Shown in pieces: positions 38,848 to 51,584 of a DNA stretch of 64,000 nt. A program made the translations under genes and the position numbers. Location of the stretch: the NCBI GenBank assembly GCA_051294905.1, contig CM119372.1, forward strand, positions 6,574,001 to 6,638,000. Reading direction: 5' to 3'. Positions within the stretch are counted from its first letter, which is position 1. Every line of letters begins with the position of its first letter. The notes beneath the pieces are model-generated. The model had not been told where the DNA came from and did not search any database. It saw nothing but the letters and a program-made list of their open reading frames with translations. This DNA comes from Botryllus schlosseri. Its lineage: Eukaryota.

Positions 38848-41434
38848 TATGGGTTGCATTTAAAACAAACGGGGTTTTGAAACACTTTGTTTGAAATATG
38901 TTTTTAAACAGTGTTTTGAACAGAGGCCTTTCTAAAAAAAATAAAGTTGTACAATTATGCCATAATTGTGCAAATACTCTCCCAAAAACATGTTTTATGA
39001 GCCTACGGACAATTACCAACCGATAGAGTCAGGGTTGCCATACCGTCCTTATTTCTAAGACTTGTCCTTATTTTGAAGGGCCTCGTCTTAGAAAACTCAA
39101 CTGTCCTTATTTCTATGAAATGTACTCATTTTCGACTTGCGTCCTTATATTGTCTTATTTTCGACCACTACAGAATTTCGATCGTGTTCCTCTGGTATGT
39201 TGCATAATATTCTAAAATTATGCTTCTGCGTTGAGATCTTATGATATCATAAATGAAAGGAGCTCTCGTGACGTACAAACCACAAGATTTGTCTTCTTAG
39301 TGGTGAGATCGTTAGGGCAGTGAGTGGTAGTGTAGCAGTTTCGTCTGTACCAAGCTAACGCAGCGGACGTCAAGGATAATCCGAGAATTATCAACGAAAA
39401 ACTCGCATAACTCCGCTTCTACTAGTCTGAATTGACTCAAATTTGTTTTGCATCGTTTTTGAAGACAGCTCAACAACAATTTCATGGGGTTGACAGAAAA
39501 ATTTGAGAATTTTTATTTTTTTATTTTTAATATTAATTTAAAACTTTCAATTCAAGATTGCACGGCCGTTCCTGGTTGAAATTGAGTCAAATTTGGTGTG
39601 CATCGTTTTCTTGGACAACCTGACGATTTAGTCACTAGGCGAGTGATATTTGGAAAATAAATTTTTTTGAACAACCCTACTCGGCATTCCATACTGTCAA
39701 TCACCAGCCATCATCCTTCACCAACGATTGCACATCGCAATTGTTCGAAGCAATATTCCCCGATTCCAACATCGCAAATAAGTTTTCTTCGGCCAGGACC
39801 CAGACTACAAGCATTGTTGCTGGAGTTCTTGATCTATACGCTCAAAAAATGATTTTGTCTGAACTTGGAGTACGACCTTTTTCCATCTTGGTTGACGCCT
39901 CTAATCACAACGAGGCGACGAAGATTGGTTTATCACCCAATACAGATGCCCAAGACCAACATTTTCTTTTTGGGTGGGGGGGGGGGCTGACGAAGTGCTG
40001 TTTCGGCCCCCAGACCCCCCTCTGGGTATTCACTCTTTATCGCTAATTATTATCTATATTTGGGGGCGTTAGCTGAATCAGTTATTCTCATTTCTCGCCT
40101 GCACGCGCGAAGCGCGAGAAATTTATATAATTCATGATTGAATCGGTCAATATGATGGGGATTTCATACATATTGCTATCAATCTTTTATCCTCTCTCTG
40201 CTTACGTAATCAGATTTACAGGTAGAGCTGAGTGAGGCGTGTTGGAAAAGGTAGGCCCCTCAATAGTAATTTTACATCTTCGTGCGTATACCCGTTGGCA
40301 GGAACGAAACAGCACTTCGTCAGGCCCCTCAAAAAAACTTGGGTCTTGGGTTCCCATAGGCCGCATAGGGTGATAAACCTACACCCAATCACGTTGTTCG
40401 CTTTTGCCACGTAATTAGTCGTACTGTTTATTGAGCCAGTGCGAAGCGCAAAAATCTTCAATCATTCAGGATAAAATCGGTCAATAAGATCGGGAATTGC
40501 ATATATATTGCTATCAATTTTTGTCTTCTCTGCTCACCTAATCAGATTTACCGGTAGAGCACAGTGAGGTGTTATGAAAACTGTAGGGCCCGTTGGTATG
40601 ACTCAGTAACATGATGTTATTTCGTGACCTCCTGTTGGCTGTATCAAAAAGATAGAAACGCCCAAACGTATAGGCTACTAAACTAAAAGACGCACACGAT
40701 TTCAAATTGGTATTTCTTCACTGGGATATAATTTTTCCCTGTGGGATGGTAGTTGTTTTGTGAGGCTCAGCTTGCTAAGACAGGAACATTCGGCGCCAGT
40801 CATTTAGGCGCCTAATAAACCTATATGTATTTTGTATATATAACGAAGTTTTCGGTCAGCATAAGGGCAGTCCTTTTCGGCCAAGGTTTTCTTGCTGTCG
40901 ATCGTTCTGACACACTTCTTTCGGTCGCATGTTACATGGCCTAAAACTCTGTAAGTCTTGGTGAATCGTGGCCCGGTAATGACCAACGCCGATATGCCCA
41001 TTTCTATGTTGGGGGAACAGTACCCCAAAATCAAGAAACTTGGCAACTTGAAATCGCGCCTAGCTTGAAAATATTTTGAAAAAGATGCATACATTTTCAA
41101 AAAAAAGTCCATAATTTATGCTAATTCACGATATAATTTTGGGCTCCCTTCGAGCTCCCCCCCCCCAATTAGGGGGTTTGGGGTGCGGCAGTTACGGCCC
41201 TGAATGTGACATGCCGCGGCTCGTATAAACACAAAGTATGTACGAAAACGCTTTTTCATGCTAATCTAATTTCTCGACTGTCCTTATTTTTGGGTCCATG
41301 TCGATGGCAACCTTGGATATAGTCGAGGTATCAATCACGAATATGACGTCATGACTTGAAAAAAAACATGTCTCACACAAGGCCTTGTTCTAAACGTGTT
41401 TGTTTTTAATTCATTTTTGTTTTAAATGCAACCA
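38848..41434. mobile_element. hAT MITE (outer element) hosting the 39030 insertion
   Basis: GGTTGCATTTAAAACAAA...TTTGTTTTAAATGCAACC; TSD CCTATCAC. Confidence 0.8.
39030..41315 (+). mobile_element. hAT Blackjack-like deletion derivative with transposase remnant (~39700-39925)
   Basis: TIRs CAGGGTTGCCA/TGGCAACCTTG; TSD GATAGAGT/GATATAGT. The remnant LFEAIFPDSNIANKFSSARTQTTSIVAGVL..PFSILVDASNH resembles the hAT transposase region leading to the first catalytic Asp. Confidence 0.85.
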
Positions 41435-42559
41435 CCTATCACCATTTCATACAAATAAATGGTATGATTAAACTCGTTCAAAAATTAGCATACTTCTGCG
41501 AATAAGTTCATTTTGTAGTGTCCCCGTGTATATAGTTATATGTCAATATATCCATCTATATATCGTTATATACTAAATAAATTATTGATTTGATTCACAT
41601 TTACAATACCAATTCCACGTCCCGTTCACGCCCGCGAGTATCCAAATCGTGATTGGCGGAGGTAAATACGTAATATCGAATCATATTATGGGAATGTTGT
41701 GGATATGACATTTGTGGAATGGTGACTTGGGGATGAACAACAAATGTCTGGGTCGATATCAATTTCAGTATAGTGATAGTATTCAATGTTTGTAGTGTTC
41801 AAATTCTATTTCTAAATGCCACTTACGCACGATATACATTTACACCAAATCAGTATGACGATTGTTTTATGACCTAAAATGAAAAATTATGACCGAAAAA
41901 TTGAAAATTGTTACATTACAAACTAATTTTTGACATCATTCTGACCACAAGAAAGTAAATTAGGCATTGTTGCACAAAAATTTTCTGGTTGGAACTATAG
42001 GCTATGTCCTTAGCTTGGCAAACATGGAGAAAAAGCGTTCAACAGCAGCAGTTGTTGGCTAGCAGCATTGTTGTCTCAGGTATTCAATGATGCTTTAACT
42101 ACAATAGTCATGTGGAGGCCTATATTCTTTATTATGATTCCGTTGCCGCTGACCAGCCCACTTCTCGACTTTTAAGACACCGCGCGCTTACGCGGATCAG
42201 ATGGCGAGGAAAGCCTATAGGTCACTTTCTTCATTCAGGAAGGGATTGTAGAGTATACCTCGGGCGGACTCGAAACCGCACCCTATTGGTGTTGTAGCTG
42301 TTGTGTCTGCAGTTTTATGAAATTTTCTCTACTCTTTTTCAATTGCGTCGACGTGGCGTCAACGTATCATTCCTTTTCGATCCCGGGTCATGTAGGCATT
42401 CGCGACAACGAAGAAGCGGGCCAATTGACGAAGACTGTCTCCAGCGCCCTGCTGAATTAACCCGACTTGCCGGCGCTCTCCGAACAAGAAGCCATGTCAT
42501 ACGTTGCTCCTACATGAAATTGTGGGATCAAATATCCGAAAACGGATTTCGATATAAAT

Positions 42560-42700
42560 CAGTGGTTCTCAAACTGGGGTCCGCGAGACGATTTTTACGA
42601 CCGCGAAACACGATCCAAAAATTCAAATGATCCGGAAAAACAAATTTAAAAAAAATTCAGGCAACTTATATTTAAACCAAACTCGATGGTGACCCGACAT
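42560..42700. mobile_element. hAT (Charlie-like) left-end fragment
   Basis: CAGTGGTTCTCAAACTGGGGTCCGCG; extent approximate. Confidence 0.5.
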
Positions 42701-44818
42701 TATATCGCTGTGTAGAGTATTTTGTTGCAGAATCATTCACAGCAACTACTTCGCGCACTTTATAGAGTCACTGTATGCATGTCTTGATTTTTTGTGCGTA
42801 TACCCACTCCTGAACGACACATACGCATAATATTACAATAAGTCTACCTGTATTCGAAATGATGAGAACATTGCTTATAGGGCCCTTGACCTTCGGGTCA
42901 ATCATAGGGTTTTCGGCGCTGATCAGTTCCTCGCCATGACACACCAAGATATGTAAAGATTTGGCCAACACGTGACTTCACGAGAAGAGCGTTGCCACAA
43001 AGATCACTGATAAAGCCGTGACCCAAAATTATCATCGCATGTAGGCCAAAACCTTCGATATTGATATATTCAGACACCGAAATAGCCAGCACCGAATAGT
43101 CCTAAGCCCCGTGCGGTAAAATGCGCCCCATGTTGAAATGCGAATCGAAAAAGAATTCTACCTTTAGTTGAGTCTGTTTGTTGTTGTTTATGGTATTCAT
43201 GGTGTTTGTCGACTACAATGGTTATTTACACCAGCCCGGTATTCCTTATTTTCGAATCCGTAACCGCCAACTTTTAGCACGGTCCTAGTCCTATATAGCC
43301 TTTTATGAGACATCGCTTACGCGGATAGCATGGCGAGGCGGAGTTGAGTCTGGTAAGTGTACGCGATTCCAATATCTCTCGAGTAGCGACAATCATTACA
43401 TGAGTTCACGAAAAATAGCATCCTTCAACTAAGTAATTTTCAAATTGATAACATTGATTCCTTAATTCTTTCACTCTCCAAACTTCGCGCTTCACGCGAC
43501 AAGAAAATAACTGCATACTGATTGATGCTTACTAAGCCGATGGATACAAATTAAGAAGTATTGCTATTGCCGTTTGCTATTTCGACTCGTTCGCGAATCT
43601 CATAATACCTTTGTGAATTGGATGTATAAGGGGTATACCCGTATGGATTGACAAAAACAAGCCGTTCTTGATGGACACCGGTTTTATCCATAATGTAATT
43701 TTCAAACTTCTCCGTACGAAAGCTCTCAACGACATTCACATTCATTTGATGATGATGGTTAGTTGAAAATAGCTATATAGCAACTGAGTGTCTGATAATA
43801 TTTTGACATTTACATCTCCGCCTGACAGCTGACCAGATAGATAGATATATTGGAGCGGTAAATGTCACATCGATCATTGTCTGGCATCAGCCCTAATTAC
43901 ATTCGCCGCGACTGTCGAGTGTCACAATATTTATGAGAAATCTACTTTTTTATCATAGAGATTTATTCTGGAATCGTGATCAGGTTGTTTACTGAGTAGC
44001 AGATTCCCGTTATGAAAATTGAATCGAACAAAAGGAAACGACGTCATTATCAACAGCGACGTCACAAATGCAATGCTGTCACTGTCACAATCTTCATATT
44101 TTATTAAATATTACATATTTCATAACTTTTAGTAGATCCGTTTACATAGACTTTCTTCGCTAATGGGCTTAAGAAGTCGTAAACATTATTTATGACCAGA
44201 ATAATTTTTGTATGTTGTCAAGTGTCCCTCTTTTATTGGATTGCTTTGTCGGGTTATAGGATGAACCTCAGACGCTGCTCTCCAAGAACAATTTACCCGT
44301 GAATACTTTCCGAATTTCTTGGTACTTGGGTAACTGCTTCTGTGTATATTTCAGACAGATTAGGGTTACGATAAAACTTCAAGTCGCCTATTGCCTTCAA
44401 GGGGCGACATGCGGTTTGGCCTCAAAATATCCCAATGCGGGAGAATGCAGCTGACTTTCACACATAAAACCAAGCATACACAAAATTGTGTCAGTGAAAT
44501 TTGCATCGTTGATATAGCAAAACGGTTCAGTTTCACATAAACCAAAGTACAATAAAGATTTGAATATAGACAGGATAGCGTTATCTAAATGTACGTTTAC
44601 TGGAGTTAGCATCATTTCTAATTATGATATTTTTTATACCACGTGTACATCATATACTATTGGTGTTTCACCTGACGCCCGTATGCCACCTCCAAGGAAA
44701 TCTGTGCGATCGTCAGCATGCGATTCCACTTTGTTTCAGTTGGTAACCAAGACGTCATACAGAAAAGGAAGCCACAGCCGAAGCTTTGCACTCGTCCGTG
44801 CGAAATCCAGTGTTTCAT

Positions 44819-45408
44819 TATAGAAATTAAACATGGAACGGCAACGACTGATTTTGCAGCTTCGTTCCGCTTCGCAGAGGCTGGAGAGGAGAATTGTTTT
44901 GCGTAAGCGACTGTCGGATTTCTGGCAATCCAAAAGCTATCTTCCCGAGCGCAGAAATTATTGAAACTGGGCTTGAATGAAAGCTACTGTTGCACCAATT
45001 CCGAAAATATAAATTTAAATAATGATCAGGCACTGATCCACCTAGAATCTGTCCTCCGAGTCTGAAATATTGGCATTGTTCAGAACAATCGGGTAACCGC
45101 AACACAGTGACCATAACAATGACCCGTTGCTACTCTCCGATTGTTCGAACAATGCCGATATTTCGACTGTGAGGACGGATTCTAGGTGGATCAGTGCCTG
45201 ATCATTATTTTAATTTATATTTTCGGAATCGGTGCAACAGTGGCTTTCGATCAAGACCATATTCAATAATTTCTGTGCTCGGGAAGATAGCTTTTTTATT
45301 GCCAGAAATCCTACAGTCTCTTACGCAAAACCACTCTCCACTCCAGCCTCGGCGAAGCGGAACGAAGCTGCAAAATCGGTCGTTGCCGTTCCATGTTTAA
45401 TTTCTATA
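44819..45408. mobile_element. Palindromic (fold-back) MITE, ~590 bp, 7-bp TSD, P-element-like
   Basis: TATAGAAATTAAACATGGAACGGCAACGAC...GTCGTTGCCGTTCCATGTTTAATTTCTATA; arms pair over ~280 bp; TSD GTTTCAT. Confidence 0.92.
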
Positions 45409-46642
45409 GTTTCATCGAGTCTATAACTAAAATTGCAGCAAACAATACGCGTAAGGATGTGCTTCCTGCGATTGATCAGAGTAACGTAATTTATACCAAT
45501 ATACGTGCCGATGCGACAGTCGGTATGTGGGTCGCACATCTCAACGCTTGCAACAAAGAATTCGTCAACACGTCCCACGTCAAATTAGGAATTCGCAGGG
45601 TGATGACACGTCTGCTTCATCATCACGGTCCCTATAGTTACCATGCGTGATTATGACCAAGTAACAGGATGTAATTCTGCCATCGGACAGCACCTATATT
45701 AAAACACCCAGAGTGTGCAAAACATTACAGCAATAATCAGTTTTCCATAGTTGCTTGAGGTCGTTCTCTTTTTCATTTAGAGGTCCTTGAATCAACCATT
45801 ATAAAGCTGCAAAAGCCGATCCTCTGCCGCCAGAATGCCAGAAGGAACATCTCTACACACTGGGAATCTTCCATTAGTGTTGTTTCGTCATTCGGCTGTT
45901 TTACAGATGATTTTGTGCGTGCTGTACCGTAACCGTGCGCCGTTCGCGACTATGTGCACTAGTCCTTATTACGTCACAACGACAAAATTCTTTCTATATT
46001 TCGAACTTGGTTAACCTCATTTACCGGCGTTCACTGCTGAAGAAAGCCAGTCGAAAAGCTTCCAGTGGAATAAATATGGCAATATGACCGTACTGTTTGC
46101 TGCAATATTGAAGTTCTGTACTTCGAAAAGCCTACATAACTAAAATTGTGATTAGATATGTGTCTAGGCACTTATCGCCTTCAGTAGTTTCAACATTACG
46201 GCTGAAGCTTGTTTACAATGCTTATCCTGCTTTCGTAGCTTTTTATCAACAGCTCGGTGACAAAATGAAGTCTTTCGGAATACGAAGGTTACATGTTGTC
46301 AGAATACAGCATTTTTATTAGAGCAGGTCGGAAATAGTTAGCCTATATCTATATCTATATTTACAATACACGTTTCTTTGTGTGCTCGGAAACGGTGTTC
46401 ATTCCAGATTTTTCCGAAAACATTTTATTGCGGGACTGTTATTTTACGCTGACACTGCATGGCTTTGAGAAGCTTGGAGTGATTTTAAGAGTTAAATGAT
46501 AAAATCCTAATCCGCATTATATTTCTGTTAACGTCGTAACAATGGAATCATCAGTCAAATGTCGTGCTCATCATATGTTGCAGGATCAAACACGAACAAA
46601 ACACAGATGAATGAGAACTTTTGTCAGATGGTTTGCTAGAAA

Positions 46643-49021
46643 CAGGGGTTCCCGACCCTGGAGTCGCTTCCTTATTCTCTGGGGTCGCAGAAACGAAAAT
46701 TAAATACAAATGACTATTACGAGAATGCCAATTAATCAGGTTTTAGTGTTTTTTAAAATATTAGCTCATAGGCGCTGAACTCAGGTATGCTAGGTATGCC
46801 GCGCATACCTAGGAATGTTTTTGGGTATGCGGCATACCCAGAATTCGGTTTGGTCTGTTACTGACTGACTGGTGAATTGATCGATTTAGAAATAAGCGTT
46901 TCGTAGTGCTGCTGAACACGTAAGTAAACCGGCAGCAATACGTTCAGGCGCTTAACAAAACTCCGTCCTTCAGTTACAATTCAGTTGTCCGTATTTTATC
47001 AGTGTTGCGCGCGGCCACGGCCAATTAGCCGGAAGCGCGTTTCCAATTTGCGAGAATCGTTTGTGCACAATGTAACGCAACGCGATTTCGACGCTGAGAT
47101 GATTGCGAAATTAGGTCATTGATTACCGCGCGCAATCGTCGCAGGCCTGATTTATCGCGTCTCCGTCAGGTCTAGTTCCGCTGGCTTGATGAATCGCATC
47201 TGCAATAGGCCCGGTGCGCACTATACCATCACTGGCCTGCGCACGATAACATCGTTGGCCTACACAATTGCATCTGCGTGGTTCGAAGTATATCATTGCC
47301 GGCCTAACTATCGCGTCTCGGGCCTAGCATGCTTTGGCTCCTATCTATCGGTTGTGATTAAAGATTGATATCACGAAACTTACTGACATCGAATGTCCGC
47401 AAAAATGTGTGACTTGTGCGTACATGCGTACTTAATTTCCGCTAATACTTAAACATAACCAATAATAACCATCAGAAGATGCGAGTCAAGGCTTGAGTTT
47501 TGAGAAAGGTTTGAACCACCTGAAATCGATGCGGATTCCATTATAGAACACACTCCATAACAACTCGGCTATGCGCCAGAATATTTGATCAAACGCGAGT
47601 GGTCAGAAGACGCAACGCGAGGCAACAAGACCGAGAACTCGATACTAAAGATGTCAATTTCTATATGCGCGAAATGTTGCGATTGTCATCTCCTGCTGTG
47701 AAGGAACATGATATCTTATGCGCCGGCCGGAACTATCGCTTCTTCTGTGATGGTGATGTCAGACTGGCTCAGACATTGAACAATGAACATGGACGGAATT
47801 GATTGAAACACATACTGACCGTGAACAGACAGCGGCGTAATTGATTTTGACTAACGCTAATACTAAAACAGAACGATCAGAAAATGTCTTGCAGGCTCTT
47901 GATATTGAAACTTCTAACTCCTATGAAATCAAAGTCACTAATGAATAGAGTCCAGAACAGACTTTTTATTTGGGAAAATAAGTCCTGCAACCTTATTAGC
48001 CGTCGCCGAAGATGCGTATTCGTTTGTTCTCGAGGCGGAGTGATTGAAATCTCCCGATTGTCGGCGCGTGTGTTGGCGAATATGTTGGAGATTGCGAGCT
48101 CGCTAATTGACTACACAGTCGCACGCACGCGTTGGTAATCTTATGGTAGCGTGATGTGTCGAGTACACAAGGATGCTGATCCGATCGATGTATTATCGGC
48201 ATTGGTGCATGTTCTTAACCATACTAAACTGATGCTACCTTGATAAATTTGAAATGGATTCAATCAATCAGCAAGCGGCCGGCTGGCTACGCGGCCTGCT
48301 TAATCATATCGTAATTTTGTCACCATATACAAGTGCCAGGTGATATTGAACGCTTGCGAGTCGGCTAATTTGCCAATTCTGGCGCACTATGACGTCATCC
48401 CTTTGTGACGTCATCGATCTCGCATACCTAGGGAAAATTAGAGTTCAGCGCCTATGATTAGCTCATTTTTCAAAACAGAAAATAGCGACATTTGACGAAT
48501 GCGAGCCCGCTAAACAAGGTATTAGATCAGTCAAAGCGTCACCTACTATAACATAAGAAATAGGTCTGGCCACCACTACGAAGAATTGAAGATGAAAGGG
48601 TGGGGTGCATAGAAACAATAGGATGGGAATTTCTCCATCCAAGAAACTACTAAAGTGAGCGGATATTGTCATGTGTTAAAGAGTAGACGCGCACACACGC
48701 TCGGTGCGACCGAATAACTTACATCATTATCGGTACTTCGAGTGACGCAGTACTTTCACGTAGCACTACTTGACTTCATCGATTGAATATAGATAGAAAT
48801 CTTTCCAAAAGACCTATATCCGTTGCTACAGTATATAGTCTTGATAGAGGTTGCATAGTTGATATTACTGCGCGCATAGAGTCGCCATCTTCCCTGTGGG
48901 TAGGTTTATGCACAGGTTCTAACCATTCTTAGTAATCAGCACGCCAAATTGAGAGGTGGGTCGCGGAACATCTTCAAAACAGAATTTGGGGTCGCAACCA
49001 TAAAAAGTTTGGAAGCCCCTG
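46643..49021. mobile_element. hAT (Charlie-like) element hosting the 46767 insertion
   Basis: CAGGGGTTCCCGACC...AGTTTGGAAGCCCCTG; homologous to the 35038 copy; TSD not recognisable. Confidence 0.7.
46767..48456. mobile_element. Non-autonomous DNA transposon with CATAGGCGCTGAACTC TIRs and 7-bp TSD (P-like)
   Basis: Perfect 16-bp TIRs; TSD ATTAGCT; GCATACC/GGTATGC subterminal repeats; the empty site is visible in the paralog near 35175-35200. Confidence 0.9.
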
Positions 49022-49228
49022 GATTAAGACAATACATCGATAGAGTAATTACTAGGGCGATTTATTTTTACATAAAATTAGGTCAAAATTGTAGCGTTAG
49101 GTCAAAAATGTCAAGATTGTTTAAAAAGTCAAAATCTGTTTGCAACCTGCATTTCGTTTGTATCGTAGGTTTTGCACTGTCGGTGAACTTATCGTTTGAC
49201 ATTTACTGCTTGTAGCCTACTTTATAGG

Positions 49229-51259
49229 CAGGGTTGCCATCGACATGGATCCAAAAATAAGGACAGTCGAAAAATTGGATTAGCATGAAAAAGCGTTTTT
49301 GTACATTCTTTGTATTTATACGAGCCGTGACATATCACATTCCATAGTTTTCACCAGAAACAATCTGCTCCAGCGACTCCTTGTTATTAAAAGTGCTTCA
49401 TGGATCTCACGACAGCTTAGGTCTAGGTTTACCTTTACTCAGGGCCGATACAGCACTTCATCAGCCCCACCCACCCTCAGGGTGATAAGCCAAACTTCTT
49501 CACCTCGTTAGAGGCGTAAACCAAGATGGAAAAGGCCGTACACCATGTTTAGAAAAAATCATTTTTGAGCGTATGGAGCAAAAACTCCAGTAACAATGCT
49601 TCTAGTCTTGGTCCTGGCCGAAGAAAACTTACTTGCAATGTTGGAATCGGGGAATATTGCTTTGGACAATTGCGATGTGCAATCGTCGGTGGGGAATGAT
49701 TGCTGGTGCCCCCGGGGGGCGATTTAGATTTTGACGGGGGCGCAAATGCTCACGGGCGATATGGGGGGGGGGCGCTGGGCGGTATGGGGGCACTGAAGAA
49801 AATTGGTCTCGCAGTAGATGGTGTAGTAAGGAAATATGATTATACAGTAGAACAATAGTTCCATATATTCCAACCGGTACGAGCGAAGGTATTTGAGTTT
49901 TTTATCAATACTTCTGGGATTACTCCCCGTCCAGCAGGCTATTTTTGCATATACACATGTTTCAACTGCAACAACTTCGCTTCTACTGTTTGAAAGCTAG
50001 CAGAAATGGTTATGCGTCGTTCTTTTAGGCAACTTAACAATTTCATGGGGTTGACAATAAAATTTGAAATTTATTTTTTATAATTTATTCAAAAATTTAA
50101 ATAAGCTCTGCGGCCGCTTCTACTTGTTGAAATTGAGCCAAATTTGTTGTGAAGCGTTTTTTAGGCAACCTAGCAATTTAATCAGTGAATCCCTGGAATC
50201 CTAAAAAAATTTACATTAAAGATGCTTTGAAGCTTTTTGGCCAAAATCTTTAACAGAATATACTTGAGAGCTACAATATTTGAGAGCTACAAATTTAATC
50301 GTTAGAATATTTCTTCATCATATCATAAATGATGATAATGCTTAGTGTTCTGACCAACATTCATGTTCATGTTATGACCTTGGTCCAGTACCAAATTTTA
50401 GTGTGGGAAAAGATCTCTACCACATTCTAAGTTGATTTAGTAGTCACACAAAGCAATTAAACAAAACCCAATACAACTAACTTCACCGTATTTCCAATCG
50501 CAGAGGTGAATTCGGGATGTGTACATCGAGCTCGAACCAAATAGTGTGAGCCCGTAGGCCTTACCCGATGGTTATTATAACAAGCATGATTTGATCCAGA
50601 ATATAGCTCATACAATTATTATATCGTTAATTAGTCGAGCGGTCCTCTGGCGCAATTCAAGCGTGAAATATTTATAATATTGAAGTCCTTATCCTAAACC
50701 GGACTTCGACCACTTACCCGTTGTTTTTACTACAGTCCTTAAAATAGGGGGGCGCCAGACCCATGCAATTTTTGAAAGGGGGCGCTGGAGGGGAAAAGGT
50801 TAAGAACCACTGATTTAAACTAATCAGATTTAGCCTTATTTGTAGCTAAAACTATATGCGTAAGTACAATATAATTTATAGAAAAAACCTGGTACTGCTG
50901 TTTACTGCTAAATAACGTCCGCTGCGGTAGCTTGGTACAGACGAAACTGCTATAGCACCACTCACTGCCCTAGCTATCGCACCACTTAGAAGTCAAATCT
51001 TGTGGTGTGTACGTCACGAGAGTTCCTTTCATTTATGATGTCGTAAAATCTCGACGAAAAAGCATAATTTTAGAATATTATGCAACACAGATACCAGAGG
51101 AAAACGATCGAAGTTCTGTAGCGGTTGAAAATAAGACAAAATAAGGACGCAAATCGAAAATAAGGACATTTCTTAGAAATAAGGACAGTTGAGTTTTCTA
51201 AGGCGTGACCCTTCAAAATAAGGACAAATCTTAGAAATAAGGACGGCATGGCAACCCTG
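49229..51259 (-). mobile_element. Inverted second copy of the Blackjack-like element with transposase remnant (~49490-49705), containing a nested Charlie-like fragment ending at 50812
   Basis: TIRs CAGGGTTGCCAT/ATGGCAACCCTG; perfect TSD TTTATAGG; minus strand reads AIFPDSNIASKFSSARTKTRSIVTGVFAPYAQKMI. Confidence 0.9.
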
Positions 51260-51584
51260 TTTATAGGCATACTGTTGTAGACGGCCCATTGTCTGCTCAT
51301 TGTGTATGATAAACATTCAAATGAAACGAATAGGTTGACAAGGTGTTATGCTCGACGTACCGCAATATCCCAACTGAAGCAAGACTGCGCGGGCATTGCA
51401 TGGTTCTTATATCAAGACGCGCAATATGAAAAATTGTGATGTAGACACCATTGTTAGAATGAAGCAACAAGGTGTGTCACCAGCAGTGTACCTACACACG
51501 CACAAATTCAGTGTTGTCAGCCAACAACTGCTACTGTCGAACATTCTTTCTCCATTCTTGGCAAGCTATACAGACACTTTTAGC

